DNA from: a virus
Taxonomy: Duplodnaviria; Caudoviricetes
Reading direction: 5' to 3' (one strand)
DNA length: 36,964 nt
Virus record (IMG/VR): IMGVR_UViG_3300048576_000564
Coordinates: 1 to 36,964 of that record
Shown here: positions 18,563 to 26,444 of the stretch, one piece after another
Layout of the letters: the number at the start of each line of letters is the position of its first letter
Position numbering within the stretch: the first letter of the stretch is position 1
The notes under the pieces: generated by a model
The model's database searches: none
What the model saw: only the letters and a program-made list of their open reading frames with translations
Told to the model about the DNA's origin: nothing
Program-made: the position numbers and the translations under genes

Positions 18563-18814
18563 TTATTCGGCGGCCAGGGCCGTCCAGGCGGAACGGGGCA
18601 CCGTTTCGGCATCCCCATCCTCGACCGTGGCCAGTACGCACTCGCTGCCGTCCGGGAACGGCACCACGAATTCCACTTCGCAATGTCCGTCGCCCGGCGT
18701 CACCACGGAGCACAAGGCTCCCGCCGGGAACGTATAGGCCTGACCGTCGCCCAGACCGACCCCGCTGAACGCCCGCCTGGTGCGAAGGACGGCGCCGTCG
18801 TCGTAATGGGTCAT
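18563..18814 (-). CDS. Putative immunity protein (DUF4926-like)
   Basis: 83 aa, acidic; PAG..C.VV...EVEF...DG....LATV pattern; ATGA-coupled to the MuF gene. Confidence 0.65.
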   Translation of the reverse strand: MTHYDDGAVLRTRRAFSGVGLGDGQAYTFPAGALCSVVTPGDGHCEVEFVVPFPDGSECVLATVEDGDAETVPRSAWTALAAE

Positions 18815-20118
18815 CGTCCGCCTCCCTGTCGCGGTATGAATAGGGTGACCAGCCGCGGCGCGTCGGACTGCGCCTGCTTCTGGGTTCTCGGTCGATCATA
18901 TATCCATGCGGTCACAACCTCAACAGTCTGCCCGTTGGGACCGGTGACGGGGACGCGGACGGTAAACCGTTCGCCATCCCGATCGGTGACCTTGGCGCCG
19001 TTCGTCGGGTCCGGTCGCGCCGCCGCCAGTTGCGGCAGCTGCGTCAGCACCTGGTTGCGGACCATGTCGGCGTCGCCGGGACCGACGCCGAGGGCGGCGG
19101 CCATCACCCGCGCCTTGTGTCCGCCGACCGGATGATCGGGGTTGAGGGCATAGCCCGCCAGTTTCCGCACGTCGAGCACCGCGCGATCCGCGCCGGGCAG
19201 CGGCTCGCCGTCGCGGTGCGGCACGATCTCCTTCTTTTCCAGTTCCCAGGTCGAAAGCAGGCCGAGTTGCGGCTTTTCCGTCACCTCCTCGGCGGTCGGC
19301 AGCGGCGAGCGATAGGTACGCGGCGCAGCCGCGCCGGCGTCCTCGCGCGGGATCACCGGTTCGGGATAGCAGCGGCAGTTGGGAAATTCCCCGGCATGGC
19401 CGGACATGCCGTCCAGGCGCTGCGGATCGTCCCAGCGCACGAACTTGCCCTCCATGTGGGCGTGGCTGTCGCGCACGTCGCCATCGCGAGAGGTGCGCCA
19501 GATATACCCCTCGGATTGCACCGATGCCGCCCGCACACGGGTCAGCGAGGTCGAGGCCTTGCTGACTTCGGTGCGCGCGATGCTCCGCGCCCGGCCCTCG
19601 GAGGCGTCGGCCAATTCGGCGATTCGCTTGGTCAGGGTCTCGGCTCGCATGCCGGAGGTCATCGCCTTGGCGGCCAGATCGCCGATTCTGCCCGCCGCGC
19701 CGAGAGGCAGATCCATGATCGATTGCGCGTTGCGGCGGATCACGTCGGCCAGGGTGACGCCGTCGACGGCGGCGAGCAACTGCTGCTTCAGCCCGGCGGA
19801 AATCTTTCCCGCCGCCTTTTGCCAGATCGCGGCGTTGCGGCGGTCGACATCCGTTGCCATGCGCGTCGCCGCCGCCTCGGCCCAGGGGCCGAGGGTTTCG
19901 GCGAATTTGCGCAGCAGGGTCTGCTTCCCCGCCGGATCGGTGCCGCCGGTGACGATCTGGCGGATCCGTCCGGCGACGCTTTTCAGTTGACGCTGATAGG
20001 CAATCTCCGCCGCGCGCGGCGATCGCCAGTTCGGCGCGCCGCCGGCGGCGTCCTGCCACCCCCACTTGAGACCGGGCCAAGGCTTGGCCGGGACCGGCTT
20101 ACTGCCCGCGGGCGGCAT
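18811..20118 (-). CDS. MuF / SPP1 gp7-like head morphogenesis protein with C-terminal DUF6883-like putative toxin domain
   Basis: MuF motifs RA..IARTE, YIW.TS.D..VR.SH, H.G..PNCRC; C-terminal KL..YALNPDHP.G.HKA...T.W...PRLVT; GGAGG SD before ATG 20118. Confidence 0.8.
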   Translation of the reverse strand: MPPAGSKPVPAKPWPGLKWGWQDAAGGAPNWRSPRAAEIAYQRQLKSVAGRIRQIVTGGTDPAGKQTLLRKFAETLGPWAEAAATRMATDVDRRNAAIWQKAAGKISAGLKQQLLAAVDGVTLADVIRRNAQSIMDLPLGAAGRIGDLAAKAMTSGMRAETLTKRIAELADASEGRARSIARTEVSKASTSLTRVRAASVQSEGYIWRTSRDGDVRDSHAHMEGKFVRWDDPQRLDGMSGHAGEFPNCRCYPEPVIPREDAGAAAPRTYRSPLPTAEEVTEKPQLGLLSTWELEKKEIVPHRDGEPLPGADRAVLDVRKLAGYALNPDHPVGGHKARVMAAALGVGPGDADMVRNQVLTQLPQLAAARPDPTNGAKVTDRDGERFTVRVPVTGPNGQTVEVVTAWIYDRPRTQKQAQSDAPRLVTLFIPRQGGGR

Positions 20119-21493
20119 CGGCTTCCTCCGGCGGCGGCATCGCGGGATCGTCCAGGTCGGGCACCGGCGGCGCCGCCACCGATGCCTCGGCCGCCGCGAT
20201 CTGTTCGTCGGTGATCGAACTGAAACGTCCGGTGATGCGAGAGGTCTCGCGCAGCGCCGCCAGGGACTGCGCCTCGGTGATGACCGATGCACCGAACAGA
20301 GCGGCGATCGCCTGGGCGTCCGCCGTGGCGATCTGCGATTTTTCCAACTCGGACGGCATGGCGAGGGGGTTGAACTTGAAATTGAACCCGTCCGGCAGGG
20401 GCTGCCCGAACTCCGACCGATGCAGCACGCCGAGGATTACCGCCAGAGGTCCGCGCAGATCGTCCTCTTGTTGCGTGGCGATCGTCTCGTAGTACATCTT
20501 GAGGTCGGAATCGCCGGTCGAGAACCCCTTTGGGCTCTGCCCCAACAGGCGCACCAGCGGAATGCCGGTGGCGCCGGATATCTGTTCGGCGAACGCCTGC
20601 AACGCGTCGTAAACCCCCGCGAAGCTCCAGTTGTGCGCCTGGAAGATATCCTCGCTGTCGAGGACGGTCAGGCCCTCGTTGCTCTGCATCTGACGGACGA
20701 AGGTCATCATCTTGACCAGGGCCGCCTCCGCCGGGCCGCCCTCGGCGAGGATCTTGCGCAGGTTCTTCACACCGACCACGCGCAAATACGCCTTGAGCAT
20801 CAGATTCGCGGCGCCATAGGTCGAACTGTCGAGCGCCAGGATCCGGTCGAAGGCGCGCTCCACCACCGATCCGCCCCAATGCTGCTGCGTCAGTCGCTGG
20901 CGATACGGCAACTCGACGCCGATGAAGCGCAGCGCGCGGGTGTAGTGGATCCGCTTACCATCCAATCCGCCGTCGTTGATCGTGTAATACTCGGGATAGC
21001 CGAGCATGGGTCCCAGATCCTTGATCACCTCCTGCGACGGCGTGACCTGATGCCGGTCGAGGACGTGCAGGCCGCAAAAGCTGCCCTGTTGCACCTGGGA
21101 AAGATCGAGAGGCACGGACAGATCGTGTCCGTCGATCAGGGGGATCGCCAGCGCGCCGCCATAGAGCCGCGCCCACTTGATGGCTCCGGAGATCCGACCG
21201 AAGACGCCCGCGTTGGTCATCGCCGCGAGCAGGCTGTCGATGTCGCCCTGATCCATTTGCGCCTGGATGGTGATGCCGCCGCGGGTCATGTCCTCGGCCA
21301 CCACGTCGACCATGCGCCCGACCACCCAGGACGTCTGGTACATATCGTCCAGTTCGGCCGGATTCAGGGTGATGGACCGCCCAGGCATATAGCCGGACTG
21401 CGCCAGCATGTTGTCCTGCCCCAGCCCCAGGCGCGCGGCGACGCTGTCGAAGCCGTCGCCGGTGCGGATAGCCTTGCCCGATTTCTTGCTCAT
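20099..21493 (-). CDS. Portal protein (DUF1073 / HI1409-like)
   Basis: Y..SW....VDV.AEDMTR.G, W.RLYGG, WG.S, GA..IPLVRL.GQSP.G.STG.SD..YY motifs; ATGA-coupled to terminase. Confidence 0.85.
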   Translation of the reverse strand: MSKKSGKAIRTGDGFDSVAARLGLGQDNMLAQSGYMPGRSITLNPAELDDMYQTSWVVGRMVDVVAEDMTRGGITIQAQMDQGDIDSLLAAMTNAGVFGRISGAIKWARLYGGALAIPLIDGHDLSVPLDLSQVQQGSFCGLHVLDRHQVTPSQEVIKDLGPMLGYPEYYTINDGGLDGKRIHYTRALRFIGVELPYRQRLTQQHWGGSVVERAFDRILALDSSTYGAANLMLKAYLRVVGVKNLRKILAEGGPAEAALVKMMTFVRQMQSNEGLTVLDSEDIFQAHNWSFAGVYDALQAFAEQISGATGIPLVRLLGQSPKGFSTGDSDLKMYYETIATQQEDDLRGPLAVILGVLHRSEFGQPLPDGFNFKFNPLAMPSELEKSQIATADAQAIAALFGASVITEAQSLAALRETSRITGRFSSITDEQIAAAEASVAAPPVPDLDDPAMPPPEEADAARGQ

Positions 21494-23067
21494 TTGCCGA
21501 GTTTCCTCCAATCGCCCATGCTGTCGTTTTCTTCTCGTGCCGCCGCCCAGGCGAGCAGACCTGCGATGGCGGAATCGCCATGGCGCGGCAGTCCGTCGGA
21601 GCCTTTGATGCGGGTGTCGGCCATCGTCGGGTTGCCCTTGTGGAGCACCACCAAGCGATGATCGGCGATCACGTCTTCGCTTTCCGGCACCAAGATGTTG
21701 CCCTCGTAGGCCTGTTTGTAGAGTGGAAACTGAACGGCGTACCAACTGGCGGAGGCCATCACCGCCTCGATCTTGTTCACGCCGAACTTCTGCTGTGCGT
21801 GCTCGGCGTGGCTCTGGCCGTTGCCGCGGGCGTCGTACTTGCCGTGGTGGAAAAGCGGCAGATTTTCCAACAACCAGTCGGATATCAACGTCTGGCAATC
21901 GAAGGGGATGTTGCGCAGTTCCAGAAGAAAGGGGGTGCGCCAGAGGGTTGAGGAAACCTCCTGTAGCGGCCAAGCGACGGAAAGGTCGGCGGTGCGCCCG
22001 AAGTCCCACCCCAGCGCAGTGCGGCGGTCGGTGGGCATGGCATCGACCACGGGCTTGGGCACCTGTTCGATCCACTCGCGGACAACATTGAGCCGATTGG
22101 GGTCGAGCACGAACTCCGGCGGTTTGCGCAACCGCAGGATCGGGACGCCCTTTTCCTGGCGGCTTTCGATCAACATGCGGGTGAAGTAGGCCCCGCTGCC
22201 GCGCTTCGGCACACAGTCCAATTCTTCCGCCGCGTCCTCGGCCGAGAGGTAGCTGCCGCGCACCTCGTCCTCGTAGTCGGTTTCCGCAGTCCGGGAATAG
22301 ACCTTGTCGAGGATCAGGCAGACGCGCTCGTAGAACCCGGCGCGCAGGGCATCGGTGAAGGTGACCTGGTGCAGGCTGTAGCGCGGCTTCTGACCGGCCT
22401 CGATCTCGCGGCATATCTCGGTAAAGGCGTTGTCCTCGCCGTTCATCGTAGAGACCACGTCGACGCGTCCGCCCCACATCAGGAACGCCATGGCACCCTT
22501 CATCACCTCTTTCAAATCCTGGTGAAAGGCCGCCTCATCGATGCGCGCATGCCCCTTGCGACCGCGCCAGTTGTGTGGGTTGGAACTGTGCGCCTCGATC
22601 TTCTTGCCGCTGGCGAGCATCACCTTGTAACGCAGGATGTCGGTGCGCTCGTTGTTGATCAGCAGGCTGGTTTTCCAGACGCTGCGCTCGCGGATCGCCG
22701 CGCCGAACGCCTTGGCGAAGAAGGCGCAGTCGCCGACGTATTCGGCGGCCATGCCCTGGTTGTAGCCCATATAGTGCTGATCCATTCCGCCCTTCGCGGG
22801 CATCGATTCCAGGACGGACTCGGCGGCGAGAGCCCCCCAGGAAAAGCCGATGCGCCGCGATTTTTTCGCGATACGGACGGGACGGAGATCCTGATGCCAT
22901 TTGATCTGATAGGGCAGCAGGATGGCGGGCACGTCGGCGGGCTTGAGATTGCGGGTTTCGCGCGTTTGCTGGATGTCCTCGACCAGGTCGAAGGCTTCCT
23001 TCTCCTCGCGTTCGCTGACGCGAGTGTCGGATAGCACGACGACGGTGGGGCCGGTGTCTTCAGCCAT
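21490..23067 (-). CDS. Terminase large subunit (Mu gp28-like)
   Basis: LLPYQ..W, KSRRIGFSW (Walker A), RIDEAAFH (Walker B), G.DFGR..D nuclease, RHGD.A.A. Confidence 0.92.
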   Translation of the reverse strand: MAEDTGPTVVVLSDTRVSEREEKEAFDLVEDIQQTRETRNLKPADVPAILLPYQIKWHQDLRPVRIAKKSRRIGFSWGALAAESVLESMPAKGGMDQHYMGYNQGMAAEYVGDCAFFAKAFGAAIRERSVWKTSLLINNERTDILRYKVMLASGKKIEAHSSNPHNWRGRKGHARIDEAAFHQDLKEVMKGAMAFLMWGGRVDVVSTMNGEDNAFTEICREIEAGQKPRYSLHQVTFTDALRAGFYERVCLILDKVYSRTAETDYEDEVRGSYLSAEDAAEELDCVPKRGSGAYFTRMLIESRQEKGVPILRLRKPPEFVLDPNRLNVVREWIEQVPKPVVDAMPTDRRTALGWDFGRTADLSVAWPLQEVSSTLWRTPFLLELRNIPFDCQTLISDWLLENLPLFHHGKYDARGNGQSHAEHAQQKFGVNKIEAVMASASWYAVQFPLYKQAYEGNILVPESEDVIADHRLVVLHKGNPTMADTRIKGSDGLPRHGDSAIAGLLAWAAAREENDSMGDWRKLGK

Positions 23068-23629
23068 GATCGAGCCGCCCGTCGATGCCGAGGATCTTCG
23101 CACGGATGAAGGCTACCTGGTCCTCGGTCGCGCCCGCATCCGTGGCAGCGGTGGCGGCAGTGCTGGCCGCTTTCTCGCGCTCCACCTTCGCCACTTGTTC
23201 GCGGACCTTGGTCTCGAAGTCCTGATCGAAACGCAGCGCGCGGCCAAGTTCGGCGAGCGCCTTGCCGAGCATCATCGCGTCTTTGGGCGTCATGGTCCCG
23301 TCGCCGCCCGCGAGCTTTTCCAGCATTTGGGTTACCAGCGCGCGGGTGGTTTCGACCAGCACGCGGCCCTGCTTGCCCTGAATGGCGGCGTCGCCCAGCT
23401 CGGCGGCCAAGCTCTCGGTCACCATCCGCGCGTCGCGCAGAAGGCGCTGGGTCGCCTCCATCTTCTGGCCGTGCCGGTGCAGCGCCGACTTGGATATGGA
23501 AAAGCCCTTCTCCGCCAGAGCGGCGGAGAGCTGTTCGTATCCACTGAAGTTGCCGTCTGCGAGCGCCCTCTCCAGCCAGATACGGACGTCCTTCGGCAGG
23601 TCTGTCTCGACACGGGAGCGACGCGGCAT
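23060..23629 (-). CDS. Terminase small subunit (Mu gp27 / DUF3486-like)
   Basis: MPRRSRV..LP, ISKSALHR.G, IR..ILG motifs. Confidence 0.85.
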   Translation of the reverse strand: MPRRSRVETDLPKDVRIWLERALADGNFSGYEQLSAALAEKGFSISKSALHRHGQKMEATQRLLRDARMVTESLAAELGDAAIQGKQGRVLVETTRALVTQMLEKLAGGDGTMTPKDAMMLGKALAELGRALRFDQDFETKVREQVAKVEREKAASTAATAATDAGATEDQVAFIRAKILGIDGRLDHG

Positions 23630-23631
23630 GG

Positions 23632-23931
23632 TCAGCCCTCCGGGCCGGGACGGGCCACGCCGGGCACAATCGCGCAGCCCGAGGCGACGTCGAGACCGCG
23701 CGCGGTGATGGTGGCAACGTGGATTTTGTCCATCACCACCTCGACACGCACCAGACCCTGCTCGGCCAGCCAGGAAAAGTCGCCGCGCACCACGTCGCGC
23801 GAAACGCCATGCCCGATCGACCCGAGGGCGGTCTGGATCACGCTGTCGTTCATTGCATAGTCGGCGTCACTGGCGAGGAAACGCAAAAGCGCCAATCGGC
23901 GGTTTTCGGCGACGAAATCCTGGTAGTTCAC
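23632..23931 (-). CDS. Mu gp26-like winged-helix protein
   Basis: RRL.LLR.L, N.SV, SRD.V...WL.EQGL, T.RG.DVA.G...PGV.RP. Confidence 0.8.
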   Translation of the reverse strand: MNYQDFVAENRRLALLRFLASDADYAMNDSVIQTALGSIGHGVSRDVVRGDFSWLAEQGLVRVEVVMDKIHVATITARGLDVASGCAIVPGVARPGPEG

Positions 23932-24254
23932 TTTCTGACTCCGTTCAGCAGGTAGGTTTCCTGACGGGAAACAATCCTCTCCATCCGCTCGACCAGCCGA
24001 TCGACGCCGGTCAGGCGCTCGTCCAGCCCCTTGATGTCGCCCCGTAGCCCCACGACCGAGAGCGAGATGTCGTGCAACTCGTTCCCGGACGGCACGTCGT
24101 TCAGCCGTGCCTCGGCCGTCGAAAGCCGCTCGCGAAGCGCCGCAATCTCCTTGTTGATCAAGGTGAAGCTGCGCAACACCCAGATCATCGCGGGCAGTAC
24201 CAGGATTTGCAGCAGGCGGAGCACGATGTCCGCAGTCTCGTAGGTCAGGGTCAT
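23928..24254 (-). CDS. DUF2730-like membrane-anchored coiled-coil protein (Mu gp25 position)
   Basis: N-terminal TM helix, RL...E..L..VP...H.L......RG, C-terminal E.YLL. Confidence 0.7.
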   Translation of the reverse strand: MTLTYETADIVLRLLQILVLPAMIWVLRSFTLINKEIAALRERLSTAEARLNDVPSGNELHDISLSVVGLRGDIKGLDERLTGVDRLVERMERIVSRQETYLLNGVRK

Positions 24255-24460
24255 CGCGTCCTCTCGTGGCGTTCTTGGCAGTCCAGGCAGCGTCGGGCGG
24301 TTGGGCAGGCGGTCAGGCGCTCGGCCTCGATGGCGCAACCGCAGTCGATGCAGATGCCGGGGCCGGGGGTGGTGGGGGCGGCACGCATCCGGTGCGCGGC
24401 GAGTGCGTCCGCGCGGCGGTCATCGGCCAGTTGCTGCGCCTCGTCGATCATGTCCGTCAC
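24251..24460 (-). CDS. TraR/DksA C4-type zinc finger protein
   Basis: D.ID.AQ N-terminus and CIDCG..I...RL...P.A.RC.DCQ; GTGA overlap with the Rz stop. Confidence 0.85.
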   Translation of the reverse strand: MTDMIDEAQQLADDRRADALAAHRMRAAPTTPGPGICIDCGCAIEAERLTACPTARRCLDCQERHERTR

Positions 24461-25035
24461 CGTGCGGCCTCCGGTGTCATTGAGGCGGCGGCGCGGGCGG
24501 CGTCGGTGGCGACGTCGACGCCGTACTGTCCGTCTCGAGCAACTTGATCGCCTGCCGCTTGGAGGAGATCCAACGCTCCAACGGCCCGACCGAGGGCGGC
24601 ACGTAGGTCCGCACACTGGTCGACGCCGGGGGCGGTTGCGGGCATTCCGCCGCGCCCTGTGGCGGCGACACGGCGCAGGCGGTCAAGAGCAGCGGTAAGC
24701 TGGCCAGACAGGCGAGCGGAATCCTCCACGGCCTGTTCGCGGGCGATGGCGATTTGGGCATAGGCGTTATCCCTGGCGGTGATGGCGTCGCGCTCGGCGC
24801 GTTCGCGGAGCAGCACGCGGCGATTCTGTGCAGCCTCGGCGGCGGAGGCGGCGGCGCGGATTTCGGCGATTTCGGCGCGGTAGTAGGTGCGGACGGTGTA
24901 GCCGCTGAGGAACGCGGCCCCGAGGACGGCGACGGCAAACCCCACCCATCCGACGATGCCGGTGGCTTTTGCGGTGTCGCCTCCGCAGAACCACCGCGCC
25001 ACGGTCTTGACGATCCAGGCGATCACATACGACAC
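24457..25035 (-). CDS. i-spanin (Rz-like)
   Basis: N-terminal TM followed by an Ala-rich coiled coil; downstream of endolysin; hosts a lipoprotein ORF in another frame. Confidence 0.72.
   Translation of the reverse strand: MSYVIAWIVKTVARWFCGGDTAKATGIVGWVGFAVAVLGAAFLSGYTVRTYYRAEIAEIRAAASAAEAAQNRRVLLRERAERDAITARDNAYAQIAIAREQAVEDSARLSGQLTAALDRLRRVAATGRGGMPATAPGVDQCADLRAALGRAVGALDLLQAAGDQVARDGQYGVDVATDAARAAASMTPEAAR
24477..24761 (-). CDS. o-spanin lipoprotein (Rz1-like), fully embedded in Rz
   Basis: Signal ending LLLTA-C lipobox; Pro-rich mature part with a second Cys. Confidence 0.68.
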   Translation of the reverse strand: MPKSPSPANRPWRIPLACLASLPLLLTACAVSPPQGAAECPQPPPASTSVRTYVPPSVGPLERWISSKRQAIKLLETDSTASTSPPTPPAPPPQ

Positions 25036-25511
25036 AGCGCGGCCTCCCGTTCACGGCGAAGGGGAATACCCCGGCACTTGGATTTCGGATTGCGGCAATC
25101 TTCGCCGCCGCTATAGACCCAGCGCAGGATCTCGTCGCAGGCCGATGGATCGTCCGCGTTGATCTTGCGAATCAGGGTGGAGCGGCGGCAGGCGTCGATG
25201 CCGATGTTGTAGCAGACGGACGTCAATGCGGCGCGGCGCGCCTGGGTCATCGGGACCGTCACCATCTTATCGACGGCGGCCAAGCGTTTGCCGATCTCGC
25301 TGGCGAACAGCGCGGTGCACTCAGCCTCGGTTGCGGTCTGGCCGGGCTGGACACCCTCGGTGATGCCCTGGCAAATCGTCCATCGGCTGGCCCCGTCCTG
25401 ATACGATTGCAGGGCCAGACCTTCCTCGTCGCCGACAAAAGCCGAGGCGATCGCCAGGGCACCGGTCCCCGCGGCGATCATGGACAGGATGGGTTTCGAC
25501 AGACGCGGCAC
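25023..25511 (-). CDS. SAR endolysin, GH24 lysozyme
   Basis: Gly/Ala-rich weak N-terminal TM; E-x8-D-x5-T catalytic triad (EGLALQSYQDGASRWT); YNIG; RR.RE..LC. Confidence 0.9.
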   Translation of the reverse strand: MPRLSKPILSMIAAGTGALAIASAFVGDEEGLALQSYQDGASRWTICQGITEGVQPGQTATEAECTALFASEIGKRLAAVDKMVTVPMTQARRAALTSVCYNIGIDACRRSTLIRKINADDPSACDEILRWVYSGGEDCRNPKSKCRGIPLRREREAALCRM

Positions 25512-25543
25512 GGCTTTATCCCCGCAGTGGGCTTTGCGGGGTC

Positions 25544-25590
25544 AGTGTCGCGGATTTGCTGTTGGAAGTTTTTGGCGCAAGCGTTGCGCC
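25544..25590 (-). promoter_or_regulatory. Putative Mor/C-activated late promoter (Mu P_lys analogue)
   Basis: Palindrome GGCGCAA-GCG-TTGCGCC at 25574-25590, 24 nt upstream of -10-like GACACT. Confidence 0.6.
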
Positions 25591-25594
25591 GAAA

Positions 25595-25951
25595 TCATGT
25601 GCCAAACAGATCGGCTTGGCGGGATGGGGTGTTATCGTTGTCCCAATACTGCACGGTTCGTCGTGCCAAGCGTAGCTTCATCGCTCGCTTTTCCTGGCTC
25701 CACCCCTTCTCGCGGAGCCAGCGGTTGAGCACCTTCCGCGCCTGCGGGATCTCGATGCGCTCGTTTGCCAGAGCCTGCGCGATTTGCCGGGCTGCGTCAA
25801 TCCCCACCAGCTCTTCGAGAATCGACCCCTCTGCCCGTTGAGGAACCACCAGACGCGACCCGGCGCGCGCCAAGGCGATGGTCAATGCTGCCTCGATCCC
25901 GGCGGCGTCGGCGATCTGTTGCAGACCGTGCGGCAGCGGGATCGGATTCAT
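25595..25951 (-). CDS. Mor/C-family late transcription activator
   Basis: Start MNPIPLP; L..IA...G.EAAL......G....VP, C-terminal HTH; sits just upstream of lysis genes like Mu C. Confidence 0.78.
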   Translation of the reverse strand: MNPIPLPHGLQQIADAAGIEAALTIALARAGSRLVVPQRAEGSILEELVGIDAARQIAQALANERIEIPQARKVLNRWLREKGWSQEKRAMKLRLARRTVQYWDNDNTPSRQADLFGT

Positions 25952-26238
25952 CGCGGTGCCCCCGCCTCGACGACGGTGACGATGCAATCGAGCCGCGCGT
26001 CCCACAGGACGCGGCAACGGGTGTTGCCATGCCGCGCGCGGAACCAGTAGCGGTTGGGGTCGCCGCCGACCCCCGGCCCGCCGACCCAGGCCACCGCCAG
26101 GGCGCGAATCGCCGCCTCGATCGCGGCGATATCCGCCGGGCCGAGATCCACGCCGCGTTGCTCCGCCCGCCGCAACGCGTGGATGGCGCAGCGGGTGCGA
26201 TGCAGGGCCGGAGTGCTGAGGACCGGGGCGTCCATCAC
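25948..26238 (-). CDS. Hypothetical protein
   Basis: ATGA-coupled on both sides; HA.RRA.QRG...IVTV pattern. Confidence 0.6.
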   Translation of the reverse strand: MMDAPVLSTPALHRTRCAIHALRRAEQRGVDLGPADIAAIEAAIRALAVAWVGGPGVGGDPNRYWFRARHGNTRCRVLWDARLDCIVTVVEAGAPR

Positions 26239-26444
26239 GAATCACCATTGCAAACCGGACAAGGCCGCCCCCGGCGCATGTCTAGCCAATCGCCGTAAAC
26301 CCAGCCAGTTTTATGGCCGCACTTCGGGCAGACCAGGAACACCGCCATCTTGCCGTCCGGGAACTCTCCACAATCTTCGGCGTGCATCATCACGCGTGGT
26401 GCGCGGCGTGGCGGACGGTCGAACAGGTCAGGTTGGCGTGCCAT
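26235..26444 (-). CDS. Small zinc-ribbon protein
   Basis: Start MARQPDLF (TGATG overlap); CPKC and CPVC pairs. Confidence 0.7.
   Translation of the reverse strand: MARQPDLFDRPPRRAPRVMMHAEDCGEFPDGKMAVFLVCPKCGHKTGWVYGDWLDMRRGRPCPVCNGDS

Noticed and set aside
20099-21493. Portal family sometimes labelled anti-CBASS Acb1
   Set aside because: Sequence and position (terminase-portal-MuF) indicate a portal; no appended 2H phosphodiesterase domain with paired HxT motifs is visible
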